64,000 nucleotides of DNA from positions 1,069,037-1,133,036 of the forward strand of contig CM119269.1 in the NCBI GenBank assembly GCA_051294375.1, written 5' to 3'. Shown piece by piece: positions 12,860 through 24,973 of this stretch. Source of the stretch: Paraspadella gotoi. Taxonomy: Eukaryota > Animalia > Chaetognatha. How positions within the stretch are numbered: position 1 is the first letter of the stretch; every line of letters starts with the position of its first letter. Both the position numbers and the translations under genes were made by a program. Under the pieces are notes generated by a model. That model saw only the letters and a program-made list of their open reading frames with translations, was not told the DNA's origin and made no database searches.

Positions 12860-13564
12860 GAAGAGAAAGGAATGAAAAGGAAAGGAGAGGTCAATAAAGA
12901 AAAGAAAAGGAAAGAAAAGGAAAAAAAGAGAGTAACCAAAAGAAATGCAAAGAAAAGGAGGGAAGAGGAAAGAAAAGAAGAGAAAAAGGAAAGAAAACAA
13001 GAGAAGAGAAAAGAAAAGAAGAGGAGAGAAGAGAAAAGAAAAGAAGAGGAGAGAAGAGGAGAGAAGAGGAAAGAAAAGAAGAGAGGAAAGAAAAGGAGAG
13101 GAGAGGAGAGGAAAGAAACTGAGAGAAGAGGAGAGAACAGGAAAGAAATGGAGAGAAAAGGAAAGAAAAGGAGAAAAGAGGAAAGAAAATAAGAGGAGAG
13201 GAAAGAAAAGGAGAGGAGAGGAGAGGAAAGAAACGAAGAGAAGAGGAAGGAAATGGAGAGAAAAGGAAAGAAAAGGGGAGAAGAGGAAAGAAAATGAGAG
13301 GAGAGTATCGTCAGAAGAGGAAAGAAGAATAAAAATATAAAAAAAATCCCAAAAAGGAAAAAGAAGGTTTTCGAGGAACAAGGGAACCGGTTATGAGTAC
13401 AAAGCGCGACACTGTCAGGAGATCGGAGAAAGAGGGAAAGGTAGAGCGAATGCGTGGTAGAGGAGTGACAAAGGAGTGACAGAAGAGTGACAGAGGGGAA
13501 AAACCCGGAGTTAAGAGAGGAGTGATGAGCCTAGGGGAGCGGAGGGAATTCCGCTGGCGAACGG
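12860..13564 (+). repeat. Purine-rich segment duplicated at ~14040-14470; this copy ends at a 25-N gap
   Basis: aaaaagaaggttttcgaggaacaagggaaccggttatgagtacaaagcgcgacactgtcagga...ggaattccgctggcgaacgg is present at ~13355-13564 and ~14255-14470. Confidence 0.92.
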
Positions 13565-15718
13565 NNNNNNNNNNNNNNNNNNNNNNNNNTAATAAAATAA
13601 TTCAAAGCATATAGATATCAACTTGCTTTTACTATCAAGCAATTACTAATATCTATATGCAAACAAAATGGTCATAGAATAATGTCATTAACAATAATAT
13701 AAGACAATTAAAACTACGATGCGAACCAAAATAGCATAACAATAGAGAGTCTTGTGAAGAAGTAAAGAATGACTGTAATTAGTGTTATTAGTAAGCACAC
13801 TACTACTACTAGTCAACCTGTAGGAGTATTAACAGTGATTCATTTCTTTACAGTTATGCTAGAAATTATAGGTAATAAGTTGGATATCTACTATTGGTAA
13901 AATGCCGCCGTGGCGACATTGGTAAAGATGGTGAGAACTGACGGCAATAACTCGCGGATCGAATTCCCGATGGTAACTCTTTTATTATTTATGATTAGAG
14001 ATTTGAAGATAAGAGAGGTTTGAAAACCTACAAATGGAGACGAAAAGAAAAGAAAAGGAGAAAAAAAGGAAAGAAAATAAGAGGAGAGGGATAAGATAAT
14101 AGGAGAGGAGAGGAGAGGAAAGAAACGAGAGAAGAATAAGGAAATGGAGAGAAAGGAAAAAGAAAAGGGGAGCGAGGAAGAGGGGAAAGAAAATGAGAGG
14201 GAGTATCGCCAGAAGAGGATAAGAAGATAAAATATAAAAAAAATCCAAAAAAGGAAAAAGAAGGTTTTCGAGGAACAAGGGAACCGGTTATGAGTACAAA
14301 GCGCGACACTGTCAGGACGATCGGAGAAAGAGGGAAAGGTAGAGAAAATGCGTTGGCAGAGGAGATGACAGAAGGAGCTGACTGGGAAGAGTGACAGAGG
14401 GGAAAAACCCGAGTTAGGAGAGGAGATGATGAGCCCATAGGGGGAGCGGAGGAATTCCGCTGGCGAACGGGAGGCGCGGTTATGTCCTACCCAACTGCAG
14501 TCGGCGGAATTTTCCAATCGGGACTCGGCGGAATGATGAAGAGGATGGGGGGCGGGTAGCGAAGAATAGGAGGGGCAGGGAAGAGGAGCGGGCAGGCGAG
14601 GAGAAGATGGAGGGGAGGAAGAGGAGGGGCAGGCGGGAGGAGGAGTAGGAGGAGGAGCTGAACATTCATCAGAGTCAAGAGGTCGGAGCAGTCGAAGTGA
14701 CAGATTCGCAATTAGGGAAAGAATGCTGTTTGTTTCAGAGAGAAAGTGAGTGTGGGGGCGGCCGGGGGCGAATAAGCTGAGTAGTGGGATATTAAAGAAT
14801 GAAGAAATGAGCTGAAGAGTAGGGAATTTTTTTGGCTAAGAACTTTTGGAGGGGTTATCTTTGGTAAGACCTTTGGTAAGCTAGATGAGCAAAACATTAT
14901 ATTTACCTAATTATCTTACCTAATCTTACTTCACCTCTTAAAATACGCACTTGTTTGGTCTCATTAAGATGATCATTAACGTACGTCATTTTTGTCGTCA
15001 GAATCACGTTCGAAGGAACCGACCAATCACAGATGCAAATTAATCCTGTGACAATTTGCACTATGCTTAATCTTCAGTACCGTCCGGCTATATGAGTCTC
15101 AACTCTTGCGTTCTGTCAGTTTCAATTCTCAGTTTTTTATCTTAGTCTCTGCTTTGTTTTAGTGTCTTTCTGTCTTTTTAGTTTTCTTTAATTAAATTGT
15201 AATTACTTGTTTACTTCTTTTCTTTTTTCTTTCTTTCTTTCTTTCATTTCTTTTTCTTTCTTTCTTTTTTCCTTTATTTTCCTCTTTTTTTTTTTCTTTC
15301 TCCTTTTTCTTCTTATTCTTTTCTCTCTTCTTTTTTCTTTTTTTTCTTTCTTTCTTTTTTTTTTTTTTTCTTTTCTTTTTTCTTTCTTTCTTTTTCTTTT
15401 TCTTTTCATTTTTTCCCTTTATTTAGTTCTTTCTTTTTCTTTCTTTTTCCTTTTCTTCTTTCTTTTCTTTCTTTCTTTCTCTTATTTCTTTCTTCTTATC
15501 TTATTTCTTTCTTTCTTTCTACTTTCTTATTTTCATTTTAATTTCTTTGCTTTCTTTCTTATCTTTCTTCTTTCTATTCTTCTTTCTTTCTTCCTTTCTT
15601 TCTTTCTTTCTTTCTGTCCATCCTATCTATATTCATCATCCTCCTTCGCGCACCTTTTATTTCACTCTTGGCTTCCTGAATGAATAGTGCATGAGAGAGA
15701 AGAGAGAGAGAGGAGAAT

Positions 15719-15751
<33 letters not shown>

Positions 15752-16949
15752 ACCAGCGTCTAAAAAAAAGGAATTCTTGTAATTCTCCCGTCATGTGAGC
15801 AAAAAAAGGAGAAGTGAAAAAAACTTTTCTCTTCTCTTTCTCTTGTCTCTCTACTCATAACTTGAATACCAAAAACCCAAAAGAAAAAAAAAAGAAAAAA
15901 GAAAAAAAGAAAAGAAAAATTTTTCTTTCTCTCGTTTTTGGTGGAATGAATAAGTAAGAAACGCGGGGGAAAAAAGTTTTGTCGCGAGAAGCGACACACA
16001 ATCGCTGCAATTCTCCCCCTCCCCCGTCTTTTAGAATTAAATGGAATCGTTGAGAGCGAAATTTATTTCCTATTTCATGAATTATGATTCGCGGGCAGAG
16101 AAATTCCACAACGAGGCGATCGATGGCACCAAAAAAAGGGGAAAAGAGGCTTCGTACTTTCAGGCAAAAAAAGAATCAGTAAAGTTTGTTTTTTTAAGTT
16201 TATAAAAAAAAACTTTCTTTCCTGTCTTCCTCGCAACTTTTTTTTTGTAAAGAAAAAGTTAAAATTTCTTCGTTTTTTAGTTTGCTGTTTAATATTTAAT
16301 AAAAAAAAATTCAAACAGCAAAACTTCAACTTTTTCATTATAAAATTTCCTGTTTTGCGTCATGTTTCTTCGTTTTTTATTTTAAACTTTCTGAATGACG
16401 ATATTTAACTTTCTTTTTCTTTTTTTTTTTTTGCCACCTGATTTTTTTTGGTCGAAACGCAAATACATCGAATTTGACTATTCTAGCTACTTTTTTCTTC
16501 TTTTTTTTAAGTCGTCAGACTCTTTTTGAAATTTGACACATTTTTTGTCGCTCGTTTTGCGACGGAAAAAAGGATCTGCAACTTTTCGGCGCCAAAATGC
16601 GAAGTCGTTATTGAAAAAAACATTTGCTGTAAAAAAAAAAGTCTGAAAAAATAAAAATAGGAAAAAAAAAGTTTTTTTTTCTTTCTCGAGTCAAAAAGGT
16701 GGAAAAGTGGAGGAAAATGGCGGAGAAAAAAATAGTTTAAAAAGTAAGAAAAAGTCATTCGATATATTAAACTCGTGAAAAGATAGCAGAGTTCCGATTG
16801 ATAAGGAAAATGTCTCAAAATAGGGATGGAAAATTTTATAAAACGTAAAAAATCTCCCTGTACAATGTACAGTGTATAGTGTACAACTAACGAGTATGTG
16901 TGACATGAGAGAAACCTAGAGAGGTTCACTTTGTTCCGCGCTAATTTTT

Positions 16950-19795
16950 TGAATTCATTATCAATTCATTTCTAAATCATATGACCTACATTCATGTTAA
17001 GACAATTTTTTTCCTCGCAATGCTTGGTTTTCTGCTAAAGATTGTCGTCTACCAATCAAGCACGGCCTCTTCCCGTTGGCCCCAAGAAAGGGTAAAACTT
17101 TCAAGTTCCATGAATCTATTTTATTGTTTTCATTGTTCTTCTTCCTCAGAATTATATGCCGCCGCCGCCGCCGACTCTGCCGCCGCCGCCGCCGCCGCCG
17201 CCGCCAGGGCTTCCTCCATCGCCACACGACACGCCGGAGGGGAGGAAGGGAGGAATCTTGACAAAAGTTTATGACTCTGTCGTGTTCAGACGAAGGCCCC
17301 GACTCTTGAGCGCCCCCTCCGTTGGCCCGCCCCCCTCGCTACTTCCTTTCTTTTTTATGATATTTGCGAAGGGTCGAACTTTTGTCGCCGGTTCTAAATA
17401 TTGTTTCGAGGTCGACTTAGAAGACGTCAACGCATCCCTTCAGTTCTTTTTTCTTTTTAAAGAAAATTTCACTGATGCAGCGACACTTCCGTTTCTTTTC
17501 GAATACTATAATAATCAAAACAGTTTAAAAACTATTAAGATGTATAAAAAAAAAGGACTCGCTGTAAAATAAAAAAGAAAACAATCAGGATTAAAATAGA
17601 ATAGTTTATCCGCCAGCTTTTAATATTTATTAAAAATTCAAGCGGTCTCTACCTTTAATTCACATTTTAATAGTTCGTTCGTTCGATTCCCATTCCATTA
17701 TATTTTTAAAAAAATATTCTCAAACCACATGTACCTATGCTTTAGAAATGATTGCCGTCATTGTAATTTCTGTTGTCACTGATCTTCACATCCACCATTT
17801 GCCATCGCACGCGGAACTCCACTCCATTGCGCCCCGGGGCAATTTCATCCTCCTCCTCCTCCTCCTCCTCCTCCTCCTGAGTTGTGAAACTGCCTCCGGT
17901 TCATCTTCTTCTTCACGTCAATGGATGCGTGAAAATCTTTACATCGCACTTGAAACAAAAGTCACGTCATAAACAGGGGAATCGCTTCACAACCAGCGCC
18001 TTACCTTTGACAGACATCAAAATCATCCCGAATGTGAACCACAGCCACGACACCTTCACACAAACTCACTTACCACACAAGTTTTTTTAATCACTCTTAA
18101 ACCACGCCCGCACTCTCCTGGCAAACGTTACAATTCCACGAAGCAAGTCCCTTCTCTCATTAACTAATAGAATAATCCTGAGCCTCCACTTCTCCAGCCT
18201 CCACAACCCACACCACAGCCGTTTCCACAGCCGGTTTTTAATACCGCCTTCCACGCGAAGGTAAGCAATGGATAATAAACGTCAAAACAGTTCGACAATT
18301 CTGAGGCTGAATGTGGGAATGGAAACGACAATGGAATGGCGGCCAAAAGAGAGACGCTTTTCTTTTGAATTCATTATCAATTGACTCATTTCTTTAAAAT
18401 CATATGACTTACATTCATTGTTAGACATTTTTTTCCTGCAAGTGCTTGGTTTCTCTGCTAAAGATTGTCGTCTACCAATCAAGCACCGGCCTCTTCCCGT
18501 TGGCCCCAAGAAGGGTAAAACTTTCAAGTTCATGATGATCTATTTTATTGTTTTCATTGTTCTTCTTCCTCAGAATTATATGCGCCGCCGCGCCGCCGCC
18601 GACTCTGCCTGCGAGCCGGCCGCCGCGCGCCGCCGCCGTAGGGCTTCCTCCATGCGCCGCACGAGCACCGCCGGAGGGGAAGGAAGGGAGGAATCTTGAC
18701 AAAGAGTTTATGACTCTGTCGTGTTAGACGAAAGGCCCCGACTCTTGAGGCCCCCTCGTTGGCGCGCGCCCCCTCGCTACTCTCTTTTCTTTTTTATGAT
18801 ATTTGCGAAGGGTCGAATTTTTGTCGCGGTTCTAAATATTGTTTCGAGGTCGACTAGAAGACGTCAACGGGCATCCCTTCAGTTCTTTTTTTCTTTTTAA
18901 AGAAAAATTTCACTGATGCAGCGACACTTGGTTTTTTTCGAATACTATAATAATCAAAACAGTTTAAAACTATTAAGATGTATATAAAAAAAGGACTCGC
19001 TGTAAAATAAAAAAGAAACCAATCAGGATTAAAAAATAGAATAGTTTATCCGCCAGCTTTTAATATTTATTAAAAATTCAAGCGGTCTCTACCTTTAATT
19101 CACATTTTAATAGTTCGTTCGTTCGATTCCCATTCCATTTATATTTTTTAAAAAATATTCTCAAAACATGTACCTATGCTTTAGAAATGATTGCGCTCAT
19201 TGTAATTTCTGTTGTCACTGATCTTCACATCACCATTTGCCATCGCACGCGGAACTCCACTCCATTGCGCGCCACGGGGCAATTTCATCCCTCCTCCTCC
19301 TCCTCCTCCTCCTCCTCCTCCTGGGAGTTGTTGAACCTGCCTCCGGTTCATCTTCTTCTTCACGCTCAATGGATGCGTGAAAATCTTTACATCGCACTTG
19401 AAACAAAAGTCACGTCATAAACAGGGGAATCGCTTCACAACCAGCGCCTTACCTTGACAGACATCACAAATCATCTCGAATGTGAATCCACAGCCACGAC
19501 ACATTCACACAAACTCACTTACCACACAAGTTTTTTTAATCAACTCTTAAACCACGCCCGCACTCTCTCTGGCAACGTTACAATTCCACGAAGCAAGTCC
19601 CTTCTCTCATTAACTAATAGAATAATCCTGCAGCCTCACTTCTCCAGCCTCCACAACCGCCACACCACAGCCGTTTCCACAGCGTTTGTTTAAGTAACGC
19701 CTTTCCACGCGTAGGTAGCAATGGATAATAAACGTCAAACCAGTTCGACAATTCTGAGGCTGAATGTGGGAATGGAAACGACAATGGAATGGCGG
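16950..19795 (+). repeat. Tandem ~1.4-kb duplication (16950-18345 and 18365-19795) containing (GCC)n and (CCT)n
   Basis: Collinear from gaattcattatcaatt through gtgggaatggaaacgacaatggaatggcggc. Differences are mostly 1-bp indels. A 25-N gap follows at 19880. Confidence 0.95.
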
Positions 19796-20318
19796 CGGGA
19801 GAAAACGTTGTGTGTGTGAGAGAGAGAGTAGAGAGAGAGAGAGAGCAGAAGTAGAGAGAGAGAGAGAGAAGAGAGAGACNNNNNNNNNNNNNNNNNNNNN
19901 NNNNGAGAGAGACTTTTACAGTTGCTTTTATGCGAAAACTTCGTCATGAACGTTTATCTTGCCCGGTAAAAATTGCATACTCGATACTGTGCCTTAATGA
20001 GAGTCTGGGAAATAAAAGTAAAAAAGAGAAAAAGACTGAGAGCGAGAGAGGGAGAAGGAACATAAAAATTCTACGAAAATATAACAAGCGAAAAAGCGAG
20101 GATAAAAAAGTGGAGTCCTTGAACCCGATTCGCTCCTTCTCATTTCGATCCTTCTCTTTCTTCTCTTTCTTTTCTTTCTTCTTCTCTTTTTTCTTCTCTT
20201 TGCCCCTCAGCTCTTTTCTATCCCGTTTCTTTCTTTTATTGCTTAACTCCTGTTTCTCAAATCTTCTTTTCGATATAAAACAGAGAAACCTGATTATCAT
20301 ATGAAAAGATCGTATTGA

Positions 20319-20389
<71 letters not shown>

Positions 20390-20509
20390 TCCCTCGTACA
20401 AAAAGCAATGACCCTTTTACGTCTTTATGGAAATATTTGAGCATCCCCCCCTTCTCCTTTCCTCTCCACCTGCCGGTGATCCAACTTTTTTTTTTCTTTT
20501 CGCGCTGAG

Positions 20510-20800
20510 CGTGGATAATGGAGTCAGACGATGGAGCGGAATGATGGAGTTAGATTATGAAGCGAAGAGATGGAGCGAAATGTTGTAGTTAGATCGTGGG
20601 GTGGAGAGATGGAATTAAATAAATGATGAAGCTGGAGTTGCGAGATGGAATGCAATGATGGAGCCAAAGAAAAATGAGTTCGATGAAGCAGTCAAGTGAT
20701 AGAAGAAAATGATGGAAAAAGATTATTTTTTGATGAAGCAGATTGATGGAGTCAGAGTATAGGATAGCGAGATGGAGTTGGCTTATGGAGCAAAGTGCGA
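20510..20800. repeat. Degenerate GATGGAG-core tandem repeat
   Basis: gatggagc/gatggagt/gatggaat/gatgaagc recur roughly every 10-30 bp. Confidence 0.6.
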
Positions 20801-20903
20801 GAGCAAATTAGAGAGAAAAGAAAAGGATGAAAGGAAAGGAGAGGAACCATTAGTTCCGTCTTGTTTAGACTTGATATGATCGTCGTCGTGAGCGAGGCGC
20901 TTC

Positions 20904-21108
20904 GCCAGGACGAGGTGGATCCTTTAGAGTGGCAGGGTGGAGAGAATGCTGGTGCCAGGACGAGGAGGATCCTTTAGAGTGGCAGGGTGGAGAGAATGCT
21001 GGTGCCAGGACGAGGTGGATCCTTTAGAGTGGCTGGGTTGAGATGATGCTCGTGCCAGGACGAGGTGGCTGGGTTGAGAGAATGCTGGGTTTAGATCATG
21101 CTGGTGCC
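20904..21108. repeat. 50-bp minisatellite: 3 full units plus a degenerate fourth
   Basis: Unit gccaggacgaggtggatcctttagagtggcagggtggagagaatgctggt starts at 20904, 20954 and 21004; a partial unit starts at 21054. Confidence 0.95.
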
Positions 21109-22572
21109 ATTCTGCGCAAAGAGAGCGAGATTGTTCTGACATGAATTAACCCCTCTAGACACTAACGTAAATTATAAAACTGAAAATAATACCGTAAGAT
21201 CCGTAATATCAAAGGATCTAACACTGTCAACAAACGCGATTAATTGTACTTCTATAATCTCGTATAATGAAAGAGTGAATGAATCGAACAAAAAGAGACT
21301 GAAGGGAGAAGGAAAAAAAAGAGAATTACAAAAGAGAAAGGCAAGGTAGAAAGAAAGAATTGAGTAGACAAAAGAAGGAAAAAAATATTGTGGCAGAGTT
21401 GCGAATGCGCGGGGAAGAAAAATTGCGTGGGCGTGTAAACAAAAGCAGCGGGTAGGGGATAGGAGTAAAGGTGGGGGGGGATGGAAGGATGCCGGAGGCA
21501 AATTCAGGGTCTGGAAGGATCTACTTTACTCGATGTCGGGTGAGAAAGGAAGCGGGACGGAGGGCCGGCTCCCGCCGGTTGTGGTCCGGGGACTCGGAGC
21601 GTCTCCGACATGATGGGTGCGGGGACGAATCCCCATCCCCGGGCGTTCCCCCCCCAGCCATGATGGATGATATTTATTTTCCCGATTCAAAGTCCAGGCA
21701 CGTGGTTTTTTTTCCGTCCCCATGGATCGAAAACGACGAGGGAACGAAAAGATATTATTTTTTCCCCTCGTGATTAGAATTATTATCATGGCGGCTTTTT
21801 TCGACCTCTGAATGACGCGGGGCAAAAAAGGAGGAAAAAAGAAAGAAAAAAGAAAGAAAAAAAAGGAGGTGTACGTGATAGAAGACTCATGAATCGATGA
21901 TCGCGATTCGAGGAGCAAAAGTCAGAAGAGTCGCAGTCTTCACTGAATCACTGAATCCCCCAAAGATGCATTAGAGGGACCTGTGATGACGGGTTATTAA
22001 AAAGCAGTTTGTCCTTAGTTCGTCAGAACGTTGGTTTTTGATTGTATTATTACCGTTGTTAGTATTCTTTATTTGCCAACTAGGTTTATAAAGGTTTGAA
22101 ACAATTCATATGGTATTGACGATTCATAATTACATATTGACAAGTCTTTTTTTTTTTTTATTAAAAATTGCGCAGATGACTTTCAAGTTTTAATCGACTC
22201 CGAGCCACTTTAACGACGAAATCGCGAGTCTTTTGTTTTTTCAAAGTTTATATAAATCTTTCTGTGAAACGCTGGCGACATCTCGACGCAGCTGGCGCAA
22301 AACCGGAAGTGAGCTTTAACTCGGAATCGATCGGCCGACGAAATCGCGAACGGGCGACGGTTTTTATTTATTGAATAAACGCGAAAGGGAAATTGGTTTT
22401 TATTCTCGACGACAGTGGGGTTCCCTCCTCGCGCGCCAGATGGCGGGAGGAAGGTCAGGAAATTATCGAACTTTCTCCCATCGCTTGTGCGCCGGTCGCG
22501 GAGAGATATCGATCCAAACCCAGAAAAAGAAAAAAAGGATTACAAAACAAAAACAAACAAAAAAATGTAATA

Positions 22573-22947
22573 AACAAATGTGTTGCGCCGCAGTGACTGC
22601 CTCATGACATGACGTGACTATAATAACTTTCTAAGCCCGTATAGTTATGACATGCACTGCATCAAAATTCCATCTTTTATTCNNNNNNNNNNNNNNNNNN
22701 NNNNNNNTATTCCTTATAGTTTTAGGAATTTTCTGAAGGCGGCGCTAGCAGTCCCTTAGATTTGAGCTTTTTTTTCTGTCTTAACATAAGAGCAACCAAC
22801 TATAGGCAAATGATATCATTTTTAACGAAAGTAGGACAGACCGCAGACAGACATACCGACGACTCGACCGACCGGCAGACCGACCGACCGGCAGACCGAC
22901 CCGACTTTATAGAGTGCTCCGCGGGTACTCGCGGCGCAAATAAAAAA
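22573..22947 (-). mobile_element. DINE-1/HINE-like element, copy D (near full length, interrupted by a spurious 25-N gap)
   Basis: aacaaatgtgttgcgccgcagtgac ... gaaggcggcgctagcagtc ... (GACC)n ... tatagagtgctccgcgggtactcgcggcgcaaataaaaaa. The ttgcgccgc/gcggcgcaa pair forms subterminal inverted repeats. Confidence 0.8.
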
Positions 22948-24289
22948 CACGAGCTTCATTCCGTCAATTCGTTCGTTGAAGGATATTGTACTTGTCTCAA
23001 TTTATTTCCACTCAAAAAAACCGAACTATCTGATTCTCAGTCCGATCCGAGATTAAAAATGTTCACGAACTTTTCGCTGGTAATGCGGGAGTTCAAAAAA
23101 AAAAATCATTTTGAAATTTGATGATTTTAGAAGGATATTACTACAAAGAAAAGAAATTTTTACTAACTGTTAATAAAAATTTTTAAAGGATTTCAAAAAT
23201 TTAAAGGCAAATAATGTTTCAATCGCTTCAATCTTTTCATCACTTCAAACGAGTCCCTCGATTTCCCCCCAAAATTATGATAACCCCTACCAGGTCCCCG
23301 ATGCCCCCGTCTCTAACCCCCCCCCCACCCCCGCACTTTCCCGTTCCCCCTTTCCCTCGATCCCTTTTTAGAGACGGGGAGATTATTTCATCTCCCATTT
23401 GCCTCCGACGAAGCTTCGACTAAAAAAAAAAAAAAATCCCCGACGCCGAAGTGGGGATCGAAAACTTGATCCCAAAGATTCGAGCGGAGATTTTCTCTCT
23501 CTCTCTCTCTCTCTCTTCTCTCCCTCTCTCTCTCTCTCTTCTCTCTCTCTGTCTCTCTCTCTCTTTCCCTCTTTTTGAATGGAGTTTCTAGCAAAGTCAG
23601 TGATGGCATCTTTTTTTAATGGGCTCCTGATTGGACTCGCCGGTGAGCCGGAGTTATTTTTTTTTTCTCTCTCTGATATATTTCTTTTTGAAAAGAAGCA
23701 AAGGTCTTTTTTCTTTGACTGGGTAAAATTATCTCGGAATTGGCGGAACGAAGAACGGAAAAGAGCAAGAACGTGTAATTTAAAAGCAGCTTATTTAATA
23801 AAAATCAGGATAAAAGGCATCATAAGCGAAAAAATATTCGTTAAAAAAAACTTTTTTATGATTTTTTTTCTTCGTTTCATCGAAGTTTTCTCGTCTGAAC
23901 TGAACAAACTGACCCCTCAACGGAATTTGAAAAATGGAATATTTGACCGAAAGATCTTTGAGCATATTTGAAAAAAATCGTATTTTCCGGATGATAAACC
24001 CGATGGCAACCTTTTATTCTCTGTCTCGCCGGGTCCCCTTTAAGTCCAGGTCAATGTCCTTTTAATGCCTCCATTAATCTGCCTTTATTGTCTTGTGAAT
24101 GCTCCTTCTTCCTTCCGGCCTTTATCTATGGTTCTTCTTAAACTGCCGACAACGAAGGCCCCCTCTTAAAAAAAATCCTTGCTTTTTTAATCTGCTCAAC
24201 GAGACTGAACGTATTATAAATCTATGTGCATTTAGTATAATCTAAGCTGGATATATAATCTTCGTAACACCTACTTTCATTTTGGGGTC

Positions 24290-24358
24290 TCAGTGAGTTC
24301 AGTTCAGCTCAGTTTCAGTTCAGTTCAGTTTCAGTTCAGTTCAGTTTCAGTCAGTTTC
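24290..24358. repeat. (TTCAG)n pentanucleotide array; duplicate at ~34900-34966
   Basis: Directly visible. Confidence 0.93.
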
Positions 24359-24941
24359 GAAATGTTAAAATTACAACATGTTCTTTTTATAGACTGATAA
24401 CGTTTCCCAATAAGTCTTTTAATTAACCTTTTTAATGTTCACCAGCTAATGTCTTAGGATTGGATTTTCCATCAACTATACATCCTTATCGACTAAGGAA
24501 AAAGCAAAGGACACATGATTTTTTCTACACCAAGGCCTTGAGTTCCGTCCCGATGTTAAACTACTCTGGTTTTCGATTTTTGATTTAAGGTCACGGGATT
24601 TTTTATCATTTATTGAATTGAGGACAGAAAATAGTCTTGCGAGAAAAGCGGTTGTATTTTTCAATACCTAACGATATAAACAGAATAAAAAGAAGCAACA
24701 ACGACGACGACGACGACGACGACGACGAGACAGCCAAATTTTCCCGGCCTGCAAATGACAAGGGCTTGACCCTCCCATAAAACGAAGGTCGACGCCCCCC
24801 CTGCCCTCAAATACGCAGTATTATTCTTTTTTACGATAAACAAAATATAGGTGAAAAAGAATCAATTTTCTCTTTCGACGCCAACTCTTTCAATTTTTTT
24901 TCTCTCTCTATTGATTGTCCTTGCGCCCTCCCTTCTTAAAA

Positions 24942-24973
<32 letters not shown>

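Noticed and set aside
12653-13381. Long 242-aa F/L/S-rich ORF, and similar ORFs at 4399, 15207, 37332, 44668 and 61460
   Set aside because: They are translations of purine/pyrimidine microsatellites that lack stop codons. The apparent transmembrane or basic character is compositional.
14440-14710. Pro/Ser-rich minus-strand open frame
   Set aside because: It is explained by GGA/GAG low-complexity sequence, with no convincing splice sites or domain.
17156-17572. Poly-proline (formin-like) ORF
   Set aside because: It derives from (GCC)n, has no associated domain, and the frame is not kept in the duplicate.
20904-21108. Possible CRISPR-like array
   Set aside because: Head-to-tail units with no unique spacers, no cas genes, and a eukaryotic context.
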